Of a stretch of 64,000 nucleotides of DNA, positions 33,753 through 44,328 are shown one piece after another (the first letter of the stretch is position 1; every line of letters begins with the position of its first letter). Under the pieces are notes generated by a model. The model made no database searches. It saw nothing but the letters and a program-made list of their open reading frames with translations, and had not been told where the DNA came from. The translations under genes were made by a program, and so were the position numbers. The DNA is from Podarcis gaigeae (taxonomy: Eukaryota), in NCBI GenBank assembly GCA_964106915.2, contig OZ066914.1. One strand, written 5' to 3'.

Positions 33753-36071
33753 GTCAGCCACAGGCTTTCATGGCTACATTTGCCTTACATTAAAACATAG
33801 CAAAGCCTCAAGCAAGGACTTCAAAATTCTGCACAATGCAAAGAACGGAAAGCAGCCCTGGAAGAGGCAGGTACATACTTCCCCCAAACACGTGCACATA
33901 GAGCCCGTGCTGGTAGTAGGAAGCTTGCTGTATGAAGTGCACAGCCCACACTAATCCTCTGATCATCCCTACCAGCTGTGGAGTAAAAGAGTGGGCTGAA
34001 GACCTGGCATGAGCTGACTGCAGGGATTGGATGTTATGCACAACTGCATGCAACTCCTGAAATAAGCAGCATATTGATGTACCCCTGGAACATCAGGTGT
34101 TCTCAAATTATACTTGCCTTAAAATGTGCTGCATATGGAGCACGCAAGGGAAAATGTGGGAGAGTCACAGATCTTAAGGCCAGCAGGCATGAGAGGGAGA
34201 TCACCAATTCAACAAACAAGCTCCTATAAACATTCCCTATAAAACATTAGAACTGCAAACATACTAGGCAGGCCTGCTCCTGTGCCTTTAAAACAACAGG
34301 CAGAAATACAGAAATTAAACAACCAAAATGTGACTTGCCTTCATAGAATCAGCACTCAAGGAAAAGTGTCATCTGCTCAGTTCCTGTACTCCAAGCTGCC
34401 GTAACTTTACCTATCTAACTGCATCTGTTGAAACACCCTCAACAGTCCAGTTTTTGAGCATAAGTCTCTGGTCTGAAAAGCTATCGGGATTTTTAAGCCA
34501 TTTCAACAGTCTGTCACATGCTGCTCAAGGTTCTGGGATTATCTATTTGATTACAGGGATATGAAATGAAGGGTGGATTTTACTCCCATTGTACAAGTCT
34601 TCTACAGACTGGCAGTGCCCCATGTTCCACTCCACCTGTCTTTCAATTGCTTGTACAGAATTTCCATAATGAATTTTGGAATTGGTGCGCACACAGTGTG
34701 TGCTCCTCCTGCACTGCTTAGTTACTTCCATTTCTCACGATTTCCAAAGTGACCCCATCATCAGCTAAGCCATGCACATGAAAGATTGTGCACATCATGC
34801 ACTGCATAATTTAGTTTGTGTTTGAGGATGTGAACTTGCACATAGCCACATCAACATTCCTTGGCAGTTCCTGTTTTATCCAAACTTTCAGCTGGTCATT
34901 TTGCCAATGCTCACGTAGTTCCCCATTCAAGGCTTTTGTGGGCTTGCAAGTGCTCATCATAGGTCCCCATCACCATTACCAACTATTAGCAAGCTGCTCA
35001 AAGCTTTCAGTGGGGAACCATGCACAATTAAAGCAACTTTTCCCTCAAATGGAAGCATTAAAATTTTCTTTTTACAAAAAGGAAGGATATGCACATAAGT
35101 GTAATTTCAAAAAGCGAAGAGTGAGCATGGGGATTCTATATGTTCCAATAACTGTGTGTGGATAGAGGTGGACAGAGAGATATGGCAGTGGGAACCTACA
35201 ATGAGACTGGCAAGCCAGAGACAGCAGACAATGGGGACTAGCTGTTGATCAATAGGAAGATCAGGTCAAATGAAATGAAATGCAGGAAAGCAACGTTGAT
35301 GTAATAGTGCACACAATCACACGTTCAAAACACACAGACACACACAAATGAGTGAAGCTTTAATGCACATGAGTAGCTGGAGGGGAGGGCAGTATGAAAC
35401 GAAAGCTGCACACACACTGGTCTGTACAAGTTTCCAAAATCCAATTCGGAAGAATGACAGAAAGCAAATGTATTGATGCCACTCCATGGCCAGGATAAGG
35501 TAAATCAGAATTGCTGATTCCAGAGGGAAATCAGGAAGCATGTCTATTTGTTATACTTGCATTAGTAAGCTATTTTGCTCTGTTTGGTGAGCTACCAGTG
35601 CAATGGAGGATCTCTGTGTAATATGAGTATGTGCTGAAATCAAACCTTATACTAACAAAAGATGGATCCATAAGAAGCGTAGCTATCTTTGCTATCTTTA
35701 AAAACCTTTAAAAAAAAGTTTGGCATGAATGGGCAGATGATTATCAGAATTTTGTGAAGACCACAGAGCTGTTGCTGTGGCAAATTTTCAACATTTATAC
35801 CCCATTCATACAGCTGATTTTGTGCAACTATGAGAACCACAGCAAACAGGGCAGATCAATTGCTTGTCAGTCATATCAGAAGATCAACTTCTTCACACAT
35901 GTCCATGGGCAAAGTCTGGTGGGTCAACTGTTTGGAGGCTACTCAAACCTGTCAGTAACCTGGTGGCACAATGATGTCAGGTATTCCATTTTTACCTGCA
36001 CAGTTTGAAATCAAAAAGCATGTGCAAAGAAGTGTGCCCAGCACTTTCCAAGTACCAACCACCACCTAATA

Positions 36072-36425
36072 CAGTGGTGCCTCGCTAGACGAAAAGAATC
36101 CGTTCCGCGATTCTGTTCGTCTAGCGGTTTTTTCGTCTTGCGAAGCAAGCCCATTGACAGCTTAGCGGATTAGCGCTACAGCTGTCTAGCGGCTTCTAGC
36201 GATCAGGTTTAAGCAGCTTATCAGCGGAACGGCTGATAAGCGGCTTAGCAGCTTAGGAAAAGGGCGAAAAAAGCAGAAAAAACCCACGGGGGGACGCAAG
36301 ATTTTTTCGTCTTGCGAAGCAACCCCATAGGGAAATTCATTTTGCGAAGCGCCTCCAAAACGGAAAACCCTTTCGTCTAGCGGGTTTTCCGTCTTGCGAG
36401 GCGTTCGTCTTGCGGGGCACCACTG
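36072..36425. mobile_element. Young Tc1/mariner-pogo MITE, second family (CAGTGGTGCCTCGC)
   Basis: TA-CAGTGGTGCCTCGC..GCGGGGCACCACTG-TA; internal TTCGTCT(T/A)GCG and GCTTAGC repeats; many intact CpGs. Confidence 0.93.
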
Positions 36426-37009
36426 TAATCAGCACTTTGGAAGCACAGTGCAAGGAGCTTTGCAACAACCATTGATCAACTGAAAGGGCCTACAATGCTC
36501 CTTTTGTCCAAGCCCAACCTTTACCTGCCCCACACCATATATGTTGTCAGGTGTACATGGTTTGGCCAAAATGGCATGGTGGGCCTAATTAGGGCTGCCA
36601 TCTGGAGGTCTCCCACCCTTACCTTAGGTCTCATGGCATTTGGGAGCAAAATTAGGTAGGAGTATAACTGGAATGTAGCAACCGAACGATATCAGTTATT
36701 AAAAAAATAAAAGATACAAAACAGAAAGGAAGAAAAGCATTATATGTCAAAAACATGTATCCCGGCACAAATATTTTCAAGTGCAGAAAACATCTAGGGA
36801 AAACTAAATGGGGAGATCACAGGTGCTTGCAAAGAGCTGTGTGTGGCTATCAGATAATTGTTGAAACTTCAAAGTGCAACAGCCCCTGTATGGTTTAATT
36901 TCAAACTATGATCAATACCAAAGAACAGACTACGAAGGATTTAAATTATATGCATCTTAATAACAATGCAGCAATTAGTAGCAAACATTATGCATTTCTC
37001 AATAATAAA

Positions 37010-38375
37010 TCTTGCCAGATTTTTATCTTTTTAAATTTTACTCGTTTGATAGACTGTGGGGATTCTGTGATTTCAAGTATTTTGATTAGCAAGCTGGTTA
37101 AATGTAGACTAGATTCAGGTGTCGGGTAGATTCTAAGCTGGACACTCTTTACGCAGAGATTGCTCAGCAATAGTTTCTCACCAGGATTAAGAAGGTTTCA
37201 CAGGGCTCTGTCCTGGGACATGTACGCTTCAAAAAAATGTAACACTAATTAAGATGAAGCAGAAAAAATATCTACCAAATTTACAAATGTCACAAAACTG
37301 GGAGAGATACTTAACCCCTCAGAAGGCAGGAATAAAATGTAAAATGACCTGGACAGAACAGAAAATTGGGCAAAAACACAATGAAATTCAATGGAGACAA
37401 ATGCAAAGCTCTACAAATGTGGATGGGTGGGAATCAAATGCACAGGTACAGGATAGGAAATACCTGGCTTTTGGGGACTGTAGCTGATCACAAAAAAACA
37501 TGAGCTGCAAAAAAAGTCTAATGCAATTTTTGACTGCATTAATAGAACCATATTTTTGAAGTCATGAAAGCAATAGTTCCACTTTAATTTGCACCAGCCT
37601 TACTTTCTTGTAGTTTCTGTGTCCATGACATGGACAAATCGGCACAGGTTTAGAGGAAGGCAACATAGATGGTTAGCATGGGAAACTGGTCTTAAAAATA
37701 AATAAATGGTAGAAGGCACCTTAGGGATTTTTGAAATATTGAGCAGTAGATAAATGCTTTTAAATAAATACATTAATAAACTGGGTATGTTTAGCCTGGA
37801 AAAGAGAGGACTGAGGAGAGAAATAGTAGCATACTTGCAGGGCTGTCATATAGGAGAAGATAAATACTAAATCTAACGAGCTTAAGTCACAGGAGGATAG
37901 GTTTTGACTGGACATTAGTAAGAAAATATTAAATCAGGGGTAGGGGACCCTTTTCCACCCAAGAGCTGCATTCCCTTCTGGGCAACCTCTGGGGGCAATG
38001 TGCCAGTGGTGGGCAGGGCAGATGCAAACACGGGTGGAGCAATGAATGTGAATTTTACCTTTGTGCAAAAGGCTAGTTTCTACACACTCATCCCTATCCT
38101 TCACCCAGAAAAGCAAGAGGCATGATCAAAGTTCAAAGGTACGTTCCAGCCAGGCAAAAACACATGGCCTGGGGAGGGTTCCAAGGGCCAGACAGAGAGA
38201 CCTGAATGTCTGCATCTTGCCCACCCCTGGCCTTATTGATAAGAGAAGTGGTTGGAGTGGGGCTTCAATCGGAGACCAAACAGGGATCTGCTGGGGATGC
38301 TCTAGTTCTGGATTTCCTGCATCAAGCAGGGGGCTGGACTAGATGCCCTTCAAAGGTGCCTTCCACTCTGATTCT
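37010..38375 (+). mobile_element. CR1 LINE RT and 3' end, degraded, interrupted by an L2 tail (~37690-37780) and a hAT MITE
   Basis: LISKLVKC.LD, G(V)SQGSVLG, KFT..TKLG, NDLDRT.NWA, MKFNGDKCK motifs; 3' UTR GCAGGGGGCTGGACTAGATG..CCTTCCACTCTGATTCTG. Confidence 0.88.
37935..38229 (+). mobile_element. hAT MITE (CAGGGGTAGGG...CCCACCCCTG family)
   Basis: TIRs CAGGGGTAGGGGAC / TTGCCCACCCCTG; internal homology to 49449-49777 in the opposite orientation. Confidence 0.8.
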
Positions 38376-39927
38376 GCAAACACCAGACTGGTGGAACTGG
38401 GCACATGAGTAAAGCTAAACTTTAGCAATGATAACAATGAGAATACATGCTGATTTCCCTCTAGGAACTAAACAGCCTTGGAAGCTCTTTTTAGAGCCTA
38501 AAGGCAGACAAGAAATAGGGTGTCTTTAAAAAAAAGAAGCAGCTGTGGTTATATATAAAAAGTGAATTAATTCTGATTTTGTCTTGTCAGTTCATGCTGC
38601 GAAGTTGTATCTAAGCTCTCGTGTATATGGTGCTGTCAATGTGCAGCAAGGTGGCCAAACTCCAGGGATCCTCCTGGCCCTGCCAAGGAATCTCCCCTCA
38701 TCTGAAAGAGAAATTTGGCTGTAGTGTGTTGCTCAGGCTGAACACTGCCAAGAAGGCTCCCTTCTTGTGCCTGAGACCTGCCTCACTTATCCACTTAGAT
38801 CATGTGCTTTAAGAAATACGGACCACAGATTGGAGCATGACACCCAGCCTTGTGCAAGGGAACAGAAATCTAATGCAGAACCTAGTTGTCGTCGTCCCCC
38901 CCCCCCTTTGTCTAGCTGCAGGGTATTCCATGACCTAGGAGTAACTGTGCTGCTGGCTAAGGGCAGTGACTTCCACCCAGAAAAGTTAGCCTCCAAGCAC
39001 AGTGCCCACAGCTGGGTGAATCCCTTGGAACACACACACACACAGGGTAGTCCCACCATTGCTGGCATCCCCAGAGGCGTTCAACACTGCCTGTTTGCAA
39101 AATATATATCCTCAATAAATCCTGCCTTGTGCATGTGGTAATTCTCAATACATTTTCAAATATACTTCAATTATTTCCCCCATATATCATGGGGAAATTG
39201 CATTGGCGAGCAGCAGCGGTAAGCAGGGAGTGCATGGTGGGGCGGCGTTAATAAGATTGGGCTTGCTATTATGCATGAGGTCGTTGAGGACACAGTGGGG
39301 AACCTCGAGTGCCAATGAGAGGCAGAAAGGGAAGAATAAATGAAACTGCCTGCCTCCCCCTTCCATCCTTCCTCCACCACCTTGATCAACTTTGCTAGGA
39401 TTAATCCACAGAGTCCAGCCCTTCTCTTCCTCTCTCCCATCTCAGTGCTTGTACTGTCCACAGCTAATGCCAGATGCTTTTTTTAAAAAAAGGCAGTGCA
39501 CAGTTTGCAGAAGCAAGAGACCATCACATAATCCACATGATTGGACTGTTTAGCCCAGTTCTACCCAGAATGGCTCTGTGTTTATGTTGTTGTTTAATGC
39601 ATTTTCCTTTTAACTGGAAGAATAAGTGATAGAACACAGACCAGAGAAAAATTACAAACAAGCAAAGCACCACCCAAGAGCATCAACCACACTTGGGGAG
39701 CGAGGAGGACCCGTGCTCTAATAAACTCTCATTTTGACTGCTGCAATCTATGCAACATGGGACTTCCCTTCAAGACAGTCCAGAGGCTACATCTAGTGCA
39801 GAATGCCGCTCACGCGCTGTTGTGCGGGGCAGCAAAAAACAGTCCTGTAATGCCAGTTCTTACAAATCTGCAGTGACTACCTGATGGCCACTGTGCTCCA
39901 GGAAGAGGAAGGATGAAATATAAAAAT

Positions 39928-39967
39928 GAGTAAGTAAGTAAGTAGATGATAGATGATAGATAGATAG
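39928..39967. repeat. (AGTA)n/(GATA)n microsatellite
   Basis: gagtaagtaagtaagtagatgatagatgatagatagatag. Confidence 0.85.
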
Positions 39968-40349
39968 AGGTACGTCTAAACCAGTTTCTCCCCTTCAAAA
40001 AAAGAAAAGAAAAAGGCCACAGTCAAGTACCTAGCCGGTGTAGGGGTCCCTATCTTGACTTGTTACATTTTAGCTTGCCTTTCTTCCAAGGAGGTCAGTT
40101 TCTCTACTGGTCTATCTATCATGCAGGAGCAGAATTCACACACAGAATAAAAAGCGCAAGGAAGTCTCAAGGATGCCTTTTAAAAATCCTGTGCAAGTGT
40201 ACAAAATACTCACCTGGTGAGCGCCTCAGAAACAAAGTGTGGATGCCTAAAGAAGTCACCCTTTCCCCTTTAAAGTATGGGGCGACTTTCCTTGTCAACT
40301 CCTGCGAATGCTCTGAAGGGAAATGTAGAAAATCTCTACACATATGTAT

Positions 40350-40351
<2 letters not shown>

Positions 40352-40428
<77 letters not shown>
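40352..40428. repeat. Compound (CT)n-(CA)n microsatellite
   Basis: Direct observation. Confidence 0.97.
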
Positions 40429-40431
<3 letters not shown>

Positions 40432-40498
40432 GTATATCTTGCTCTCAGGGCAGCTAGCAATAATTAAAACCAACTGTAAAATTAAATTAAATTAAAAA

Positions 40499-40595
40499 AT
40501 AGGAATCATTGAGTTGGAAGGGACCCCAAGGGTCATCTAGCTCAACCCCCTGCGATGAAGGAATCTCAGCTGAAGCATCCATGACAGACAGCCAT
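40499..40595 (-). mobile_element. CR1 extreme 3' end
   Basis: GAATCATTGAGTTGGAAGGGACCCCAAGGGTCATCTAGCTCAACCCCCTGC. Confidence 0.85.
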
Positions 40596-40737
40596 GATAA
40601 AAACAGAGAAAGGTGCAGCAGATAAAACAGAGGCACTGGATAAACACTTATTTATCCATTAAATTGAACCCCTGAACAGTTCCATGAGAGAGGGAGCTGG
40701 TCAAACAACCCAGGGCAAAGAATTCCACATTCTAGTA

Positions 40738-40901
40738 GGCTGCACATACACTATACATTTAAAGCACATTCAAAGCACATTTCCCCTCTCAAAGAATTCT
40801 GGGCACTGCAGTTTGTTAAGAGTCGCTGGGAACTGTAACTCTGTAAGGGGTAAACGGCTGTGCCCAGAATTCTTTGAGGGAGAAAAAGTGTGTACGAGTA
40901 C
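40738..40901. mobile_element. Palindromic PIF/Harbinger-like MITE
   Basis: GGCTGCACATACACTATACATTTAAAGCAC start; inverted arms CTCAAAGAATTCTGGGCAC / GTGCCCAGAATTCTTTGAG. Confidence 0.7.
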
Positions 40902-42394
40902 TTAGGGACAGCCACAGAGAAGACCCTTTCCTCTCATACATGGCACGCTGCAAGCATAGCACTGGCTCTTAGTCATTTCCTTCTGTTATCTAAAAAAAAA
41001 AAAAAACTCAGTAGTGTAAAGCAGGAACATAAAAGCATATGCAAAGTGAACAGACTAACTACACATACATTTAACAGAAGCATGATGCTGCTCAATAAAA
41101 GGATCTTTGAGAGCAAAGGTAGCTTAACGCTTTCCCCACCTGTCAGCTCTCTGCTCCAAATAGCTCCTTCCTCCAGGCAGGTGGGAACTTGGCAAATTGC
41201 AATAGAGAATGACAAAAAGAGTTAAGTACCCCTCCCCATCTGTGGCTCCTCTCTTCTAAATTCCTTCCTTCAAGAAAGAAAGAAGTCAGGGCTCTATTAC
41301 ATACCATCTTTAGTTAACATATTCTCAAGTACAGAAAGGTACTGTAAGGAAGGCAAGACACAAAACCACGTTATTTTAAACACACTTGAGTCCCTGACCC
41401 CCTTCACTATCCGTATGCAAGTGTTTTATGCAGCGGTTCACCTTCCTCTGCTGCCAAACTGTCCTTCCTCCCTATATAAGGATTATGGGGGGCGGGGGGG
41501 GGGGGAGAGAAGACAATCTCATTGGGATGTTCATGCCTAGGTTGGGCCCCTGCTGAGATCTTGCTCCCCACACCTGGACGGCATCTTTTATTAACCTGCC
41601 TAACGTTAGCTCTCTCAGCGGTGGGCCCCAGCCCCTCCAAGTCACGAGGCTCAGAGTAATCGCGCCCTTCAGGGCAGGCGCGTGTAATCATTTGGGACAG
41701 TCAAATTTCTTTACATTTCCCAATGAATATTTATGCAATTTGTGCAGAACCACCAGAGCTGCAACACCACCGCGAGCGCAATGGGAAATGTCAGCACAGC
41801 CCCACCCCCATCCAAGGCTCCCTGTGGCACTTGCACACAGGAGGTGCATCTCATCTCCCTCACACATGGCATGGGCAGGGTGTGTGTGTGTCGCACGCAC
41901 GCACACACATACAAAAACATTCCCACTTACAAGCTTCTCCATGTCATAAAGCCAGCAGCTGAATTCCTGCTCAAAACACACACACATACACCAAAGATAA
42001 ACCCCAACTCCGCCAAAAGTCCATGCACAGCTTACTGATGGAGGATTATATCACATGGCTACCTGCCTGGACAGTGAAGTTGGCCCTACAGAGCCCTACA
42101 GTGCTTCAGTCATGAGAAAACAGTGAACTGTGGCCACTTCTTTGGAAGGGCTCCTTTGCCTATTAAGTCAGAAATCACAGAGGTGCTGCTCTTCTCAGTA
42201 TGCTGTATAGATAGGGGGAGGAATTGTTAATTTTCTGCCTAGTGTGTTATTGTTAAAAGTCCTAAAATTCTTATACAGTATTAGGTTTGGTTGTGAAAAA
42301 GAGGTTGAAACTAATGTGCATGGGGAATGGCATGGATAGACTTGAATGTCCATTGAAGGCTGGCAAAAAGTTCTCTATATGCCCTATTACAAAG

Positions 42395-42532
42395 CAGCCT
42401 TTCTCAATCTATGGGTCCCCAGATGTTGTTGAACTACAACTCCCATCAACCCTAGCTAGCAAGGCCAGAGCTCAGGGATGATGGGAGTTGTAGTCCAACA
42501 ACATCTGGGGACCCACAGGTTGAGAACCGCTG
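42395..42532. mobile_element. Palindromic hAT MITE
   Basis: CAGCCTTTCTCAATCTATGGGTCCCCAGATGTTGTTG ... CAACAACATCTGGGGACCCACAGGTTGAGAACCGCTG. Confidence 0.9.
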
Positions 42533-43204
42533 GAAGGGAGTTATAAACAACTTTGTTTGGGAGTGGAAGGGGAGAAGGTTCTTGAAGGAGAAGGTTCTTG
42601 AAGAAACAGTACACATTCATCCCTTAAATGCTTCTCTACAGGACTATAACCAGTTTGTAACCCACTAGAAGAAAACCAGCCAGTTCATGGCAGCCCTGCA
42701 GGCACTAACTCAGCTAACAGCCAGCCCAGCTTTAGAAATACTGCGTAGTTTGCAAAAACATTAACATACCCACTCAGAGTTTTGCCATCTTGCCCAACCA
42801 GGAAAAGTGGAGCAATAACCCCCCACCCAGCCCCAAAAGGTGCACAAATCCTAGGAATAAACAAAACTCAACCTGCAACTGGTGTTTAACAAGGTGGTGA
42901 CTGTGATTTCATTCTTTGGTGAGGCTTCCCTGTCAAACATCCTTGTCAAACACCTGCAGATGTGATCCAAGATTCTTTTTGAAAAGAAATTTACCAGGCC
43001 ATAATAATACAAGTGATGTGTTAACGAACAAATGCTTACTCAACGGAATATCCAAGGCCAGATTAACAATTATGGCACACAATGAGACAGAACCACCACC
43101 ATAGCTTTCACATCCTAAAAAACACAAATTTCAGTCCCTTACAGGAAGGAGAAGAGTGTGGGTAGAAACATCTTTTTTTTTTAAGTCTACACAAAACATT
43201 GTCC

Positions 43205-43572
43205 AGAGAAGTTGTCTGTTACTTTTGCTGCAGCAAGCTAACACAAGAGCCTTGTGGCACTTTAAAAGATGAACGAATGTGTTCTGATATAAGCTTTTGT
43301 GGACTACAGCCTGTTTCATCAGATGCACAAAGTGTTATCCTGAGTCACATGGTGGCGGGAGACTGTAAATAATGAGGTCAGAGGGAAATGAAATCCAGAA
43401 AACAGAGGCAGTGACAATCATATAATTAACAGTGGTCATTTACAATGATCACCGTAATTACACAATTATCACTGTCTCTATACTTTCTGCATTTCATTTC
43501 CCTCTGACCTTACTGTTCACAATTCCGTACACACTACAACTGTCTGTGTGTGTATACCTGTTACTCAGGTAT
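43205..43572. mobile_element. Penelope-like element remnant with inverted arms and a degenerate hammerhead core
   Basis: GTGGCACTTTAAAAGA..ATAAGCTTTTGTGGACTACAG..TTCATCAGATGCA pLTR signature; arms ~43337-43440 and ~43445-43572 are reverse complements (AGGTCAGAGGGAAATGAAAT / ATTTCATTTCCCTCTGACCT). Confidence 0.75.
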
Positions 43573-44206
43573 TGTCTTTAGCCCCATGGAGATGATATGA
43601 AGGGGATGGTCAGATCCTGAGGAGGAATGGGGAGAGCTCAGGGTCTTGGAGCTAGTGGGATGGGGGAGGTGAAATTGGGACCCCAAGAATTGTCCAAGCC
43701 CAAGGAGGAGGCCAGTGGTCCAGCAGTGGAGTGCTGGATCCAGGGAAGGGACCAAGCAGGTTGACAGAGGAAAGTTCCACCCCTGTGAAATCAAACATCC
43801 CATGTCAGATACTTCCTGCTGTAGAGCTGCCTGTGGCACCTCCTCCAGTTAGTGAGGAATCTCCTCCTTGAGCAGAGGCGACTGAGAATAAACTGGATGC
43901 TGAGTGTCACCAACACCACCTTCATCTCCAAGGACATGGAGGATCCACCCCACTCAAAAGAGGGTATGTTTGCCTTCCCTGTCTCAGGACTCTGGCCACT
44001 TGCCACTCTAAGAGCTGTACCCACCCGGCACTTTAAGAGGAAGGTTGGATCTATGTCTTAGCTTACGCTTAGCCATGTGCCTCTTATGGACTAGCTGCAC
44101 CTTGTACCTATGAACCAATTTAATTCATGCATTAAAGCCCTTGACAGCAATAGAGCTGGGGGTTTGAGTTCTTTACTTGGCATTGAGAGTCAGGGCACAC
44201 ATCACA
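43573..44206 (+). mobile_element. Probable solo LTR (Gypsy/ERV-like), about 630 bp
   Basis: TGT...ATCACA termini, ATTAAA at 44131, G-rich U3-like start, U5-like CTTTACTTGGCA..CAGGGCACACATCACA; no clear TSD. Confidence 0.55.
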
Positions 44207-44224
44207 TGTGGGGAGGTGGTGGTT

Positions 44225-44328
44225 GTGCTTAGCTCCTGCTTGTGGCCTTCCCATGGGGCATCTGTTTGGCTACTGTGAGGACAGGATGCTAGGCTAACTG
44301 GGCCTGATCTGGCAAGGCTCTTCTTATG
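44225..44328 (+). mobile_element. CR1 3' UTR fragment
   Basis: CCTGCTTGTGGCCTTCCCATGGGGCATCTG..ACAGGATGCT..GGCCTGATC..GGCTCTTCTTATG. Confidence 0.8.

Larger units (their letters stand above)
40430..40935 (-). mobile_element. Degraded L2 3' end hosting a CR1 tail and a Harbinger-type MITE
   Basis: CTCAGGGCAGCTAGCAATAATTAAAA..; GGGCAAAGAATTCCAC..[insert]..GCCACAGAGAAGACCCT (antisense RAFSVA..WNSLP). Confidence 0.55.

Noticed and set aside
36072-36425. Regularly spaced repeats as a CRISPR-like array or a CpG island
   Set aside because: Eukaryotic DNA; repeats are short, irregular and enclosed by TIRs with a TA TSD.
40060-40495. ORFs with poly-HT, poly-ER or poly-LS tracts (also at 27.9 kb and 61.4 kb)
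   Set aside because: They are translations of microsatellites.
42572-42602. 16-bp tandem duplication, and similar ones at ~3135, ~17507 and ~49983
   Set aside because: Ordinary slippage duplications with no sign of function.
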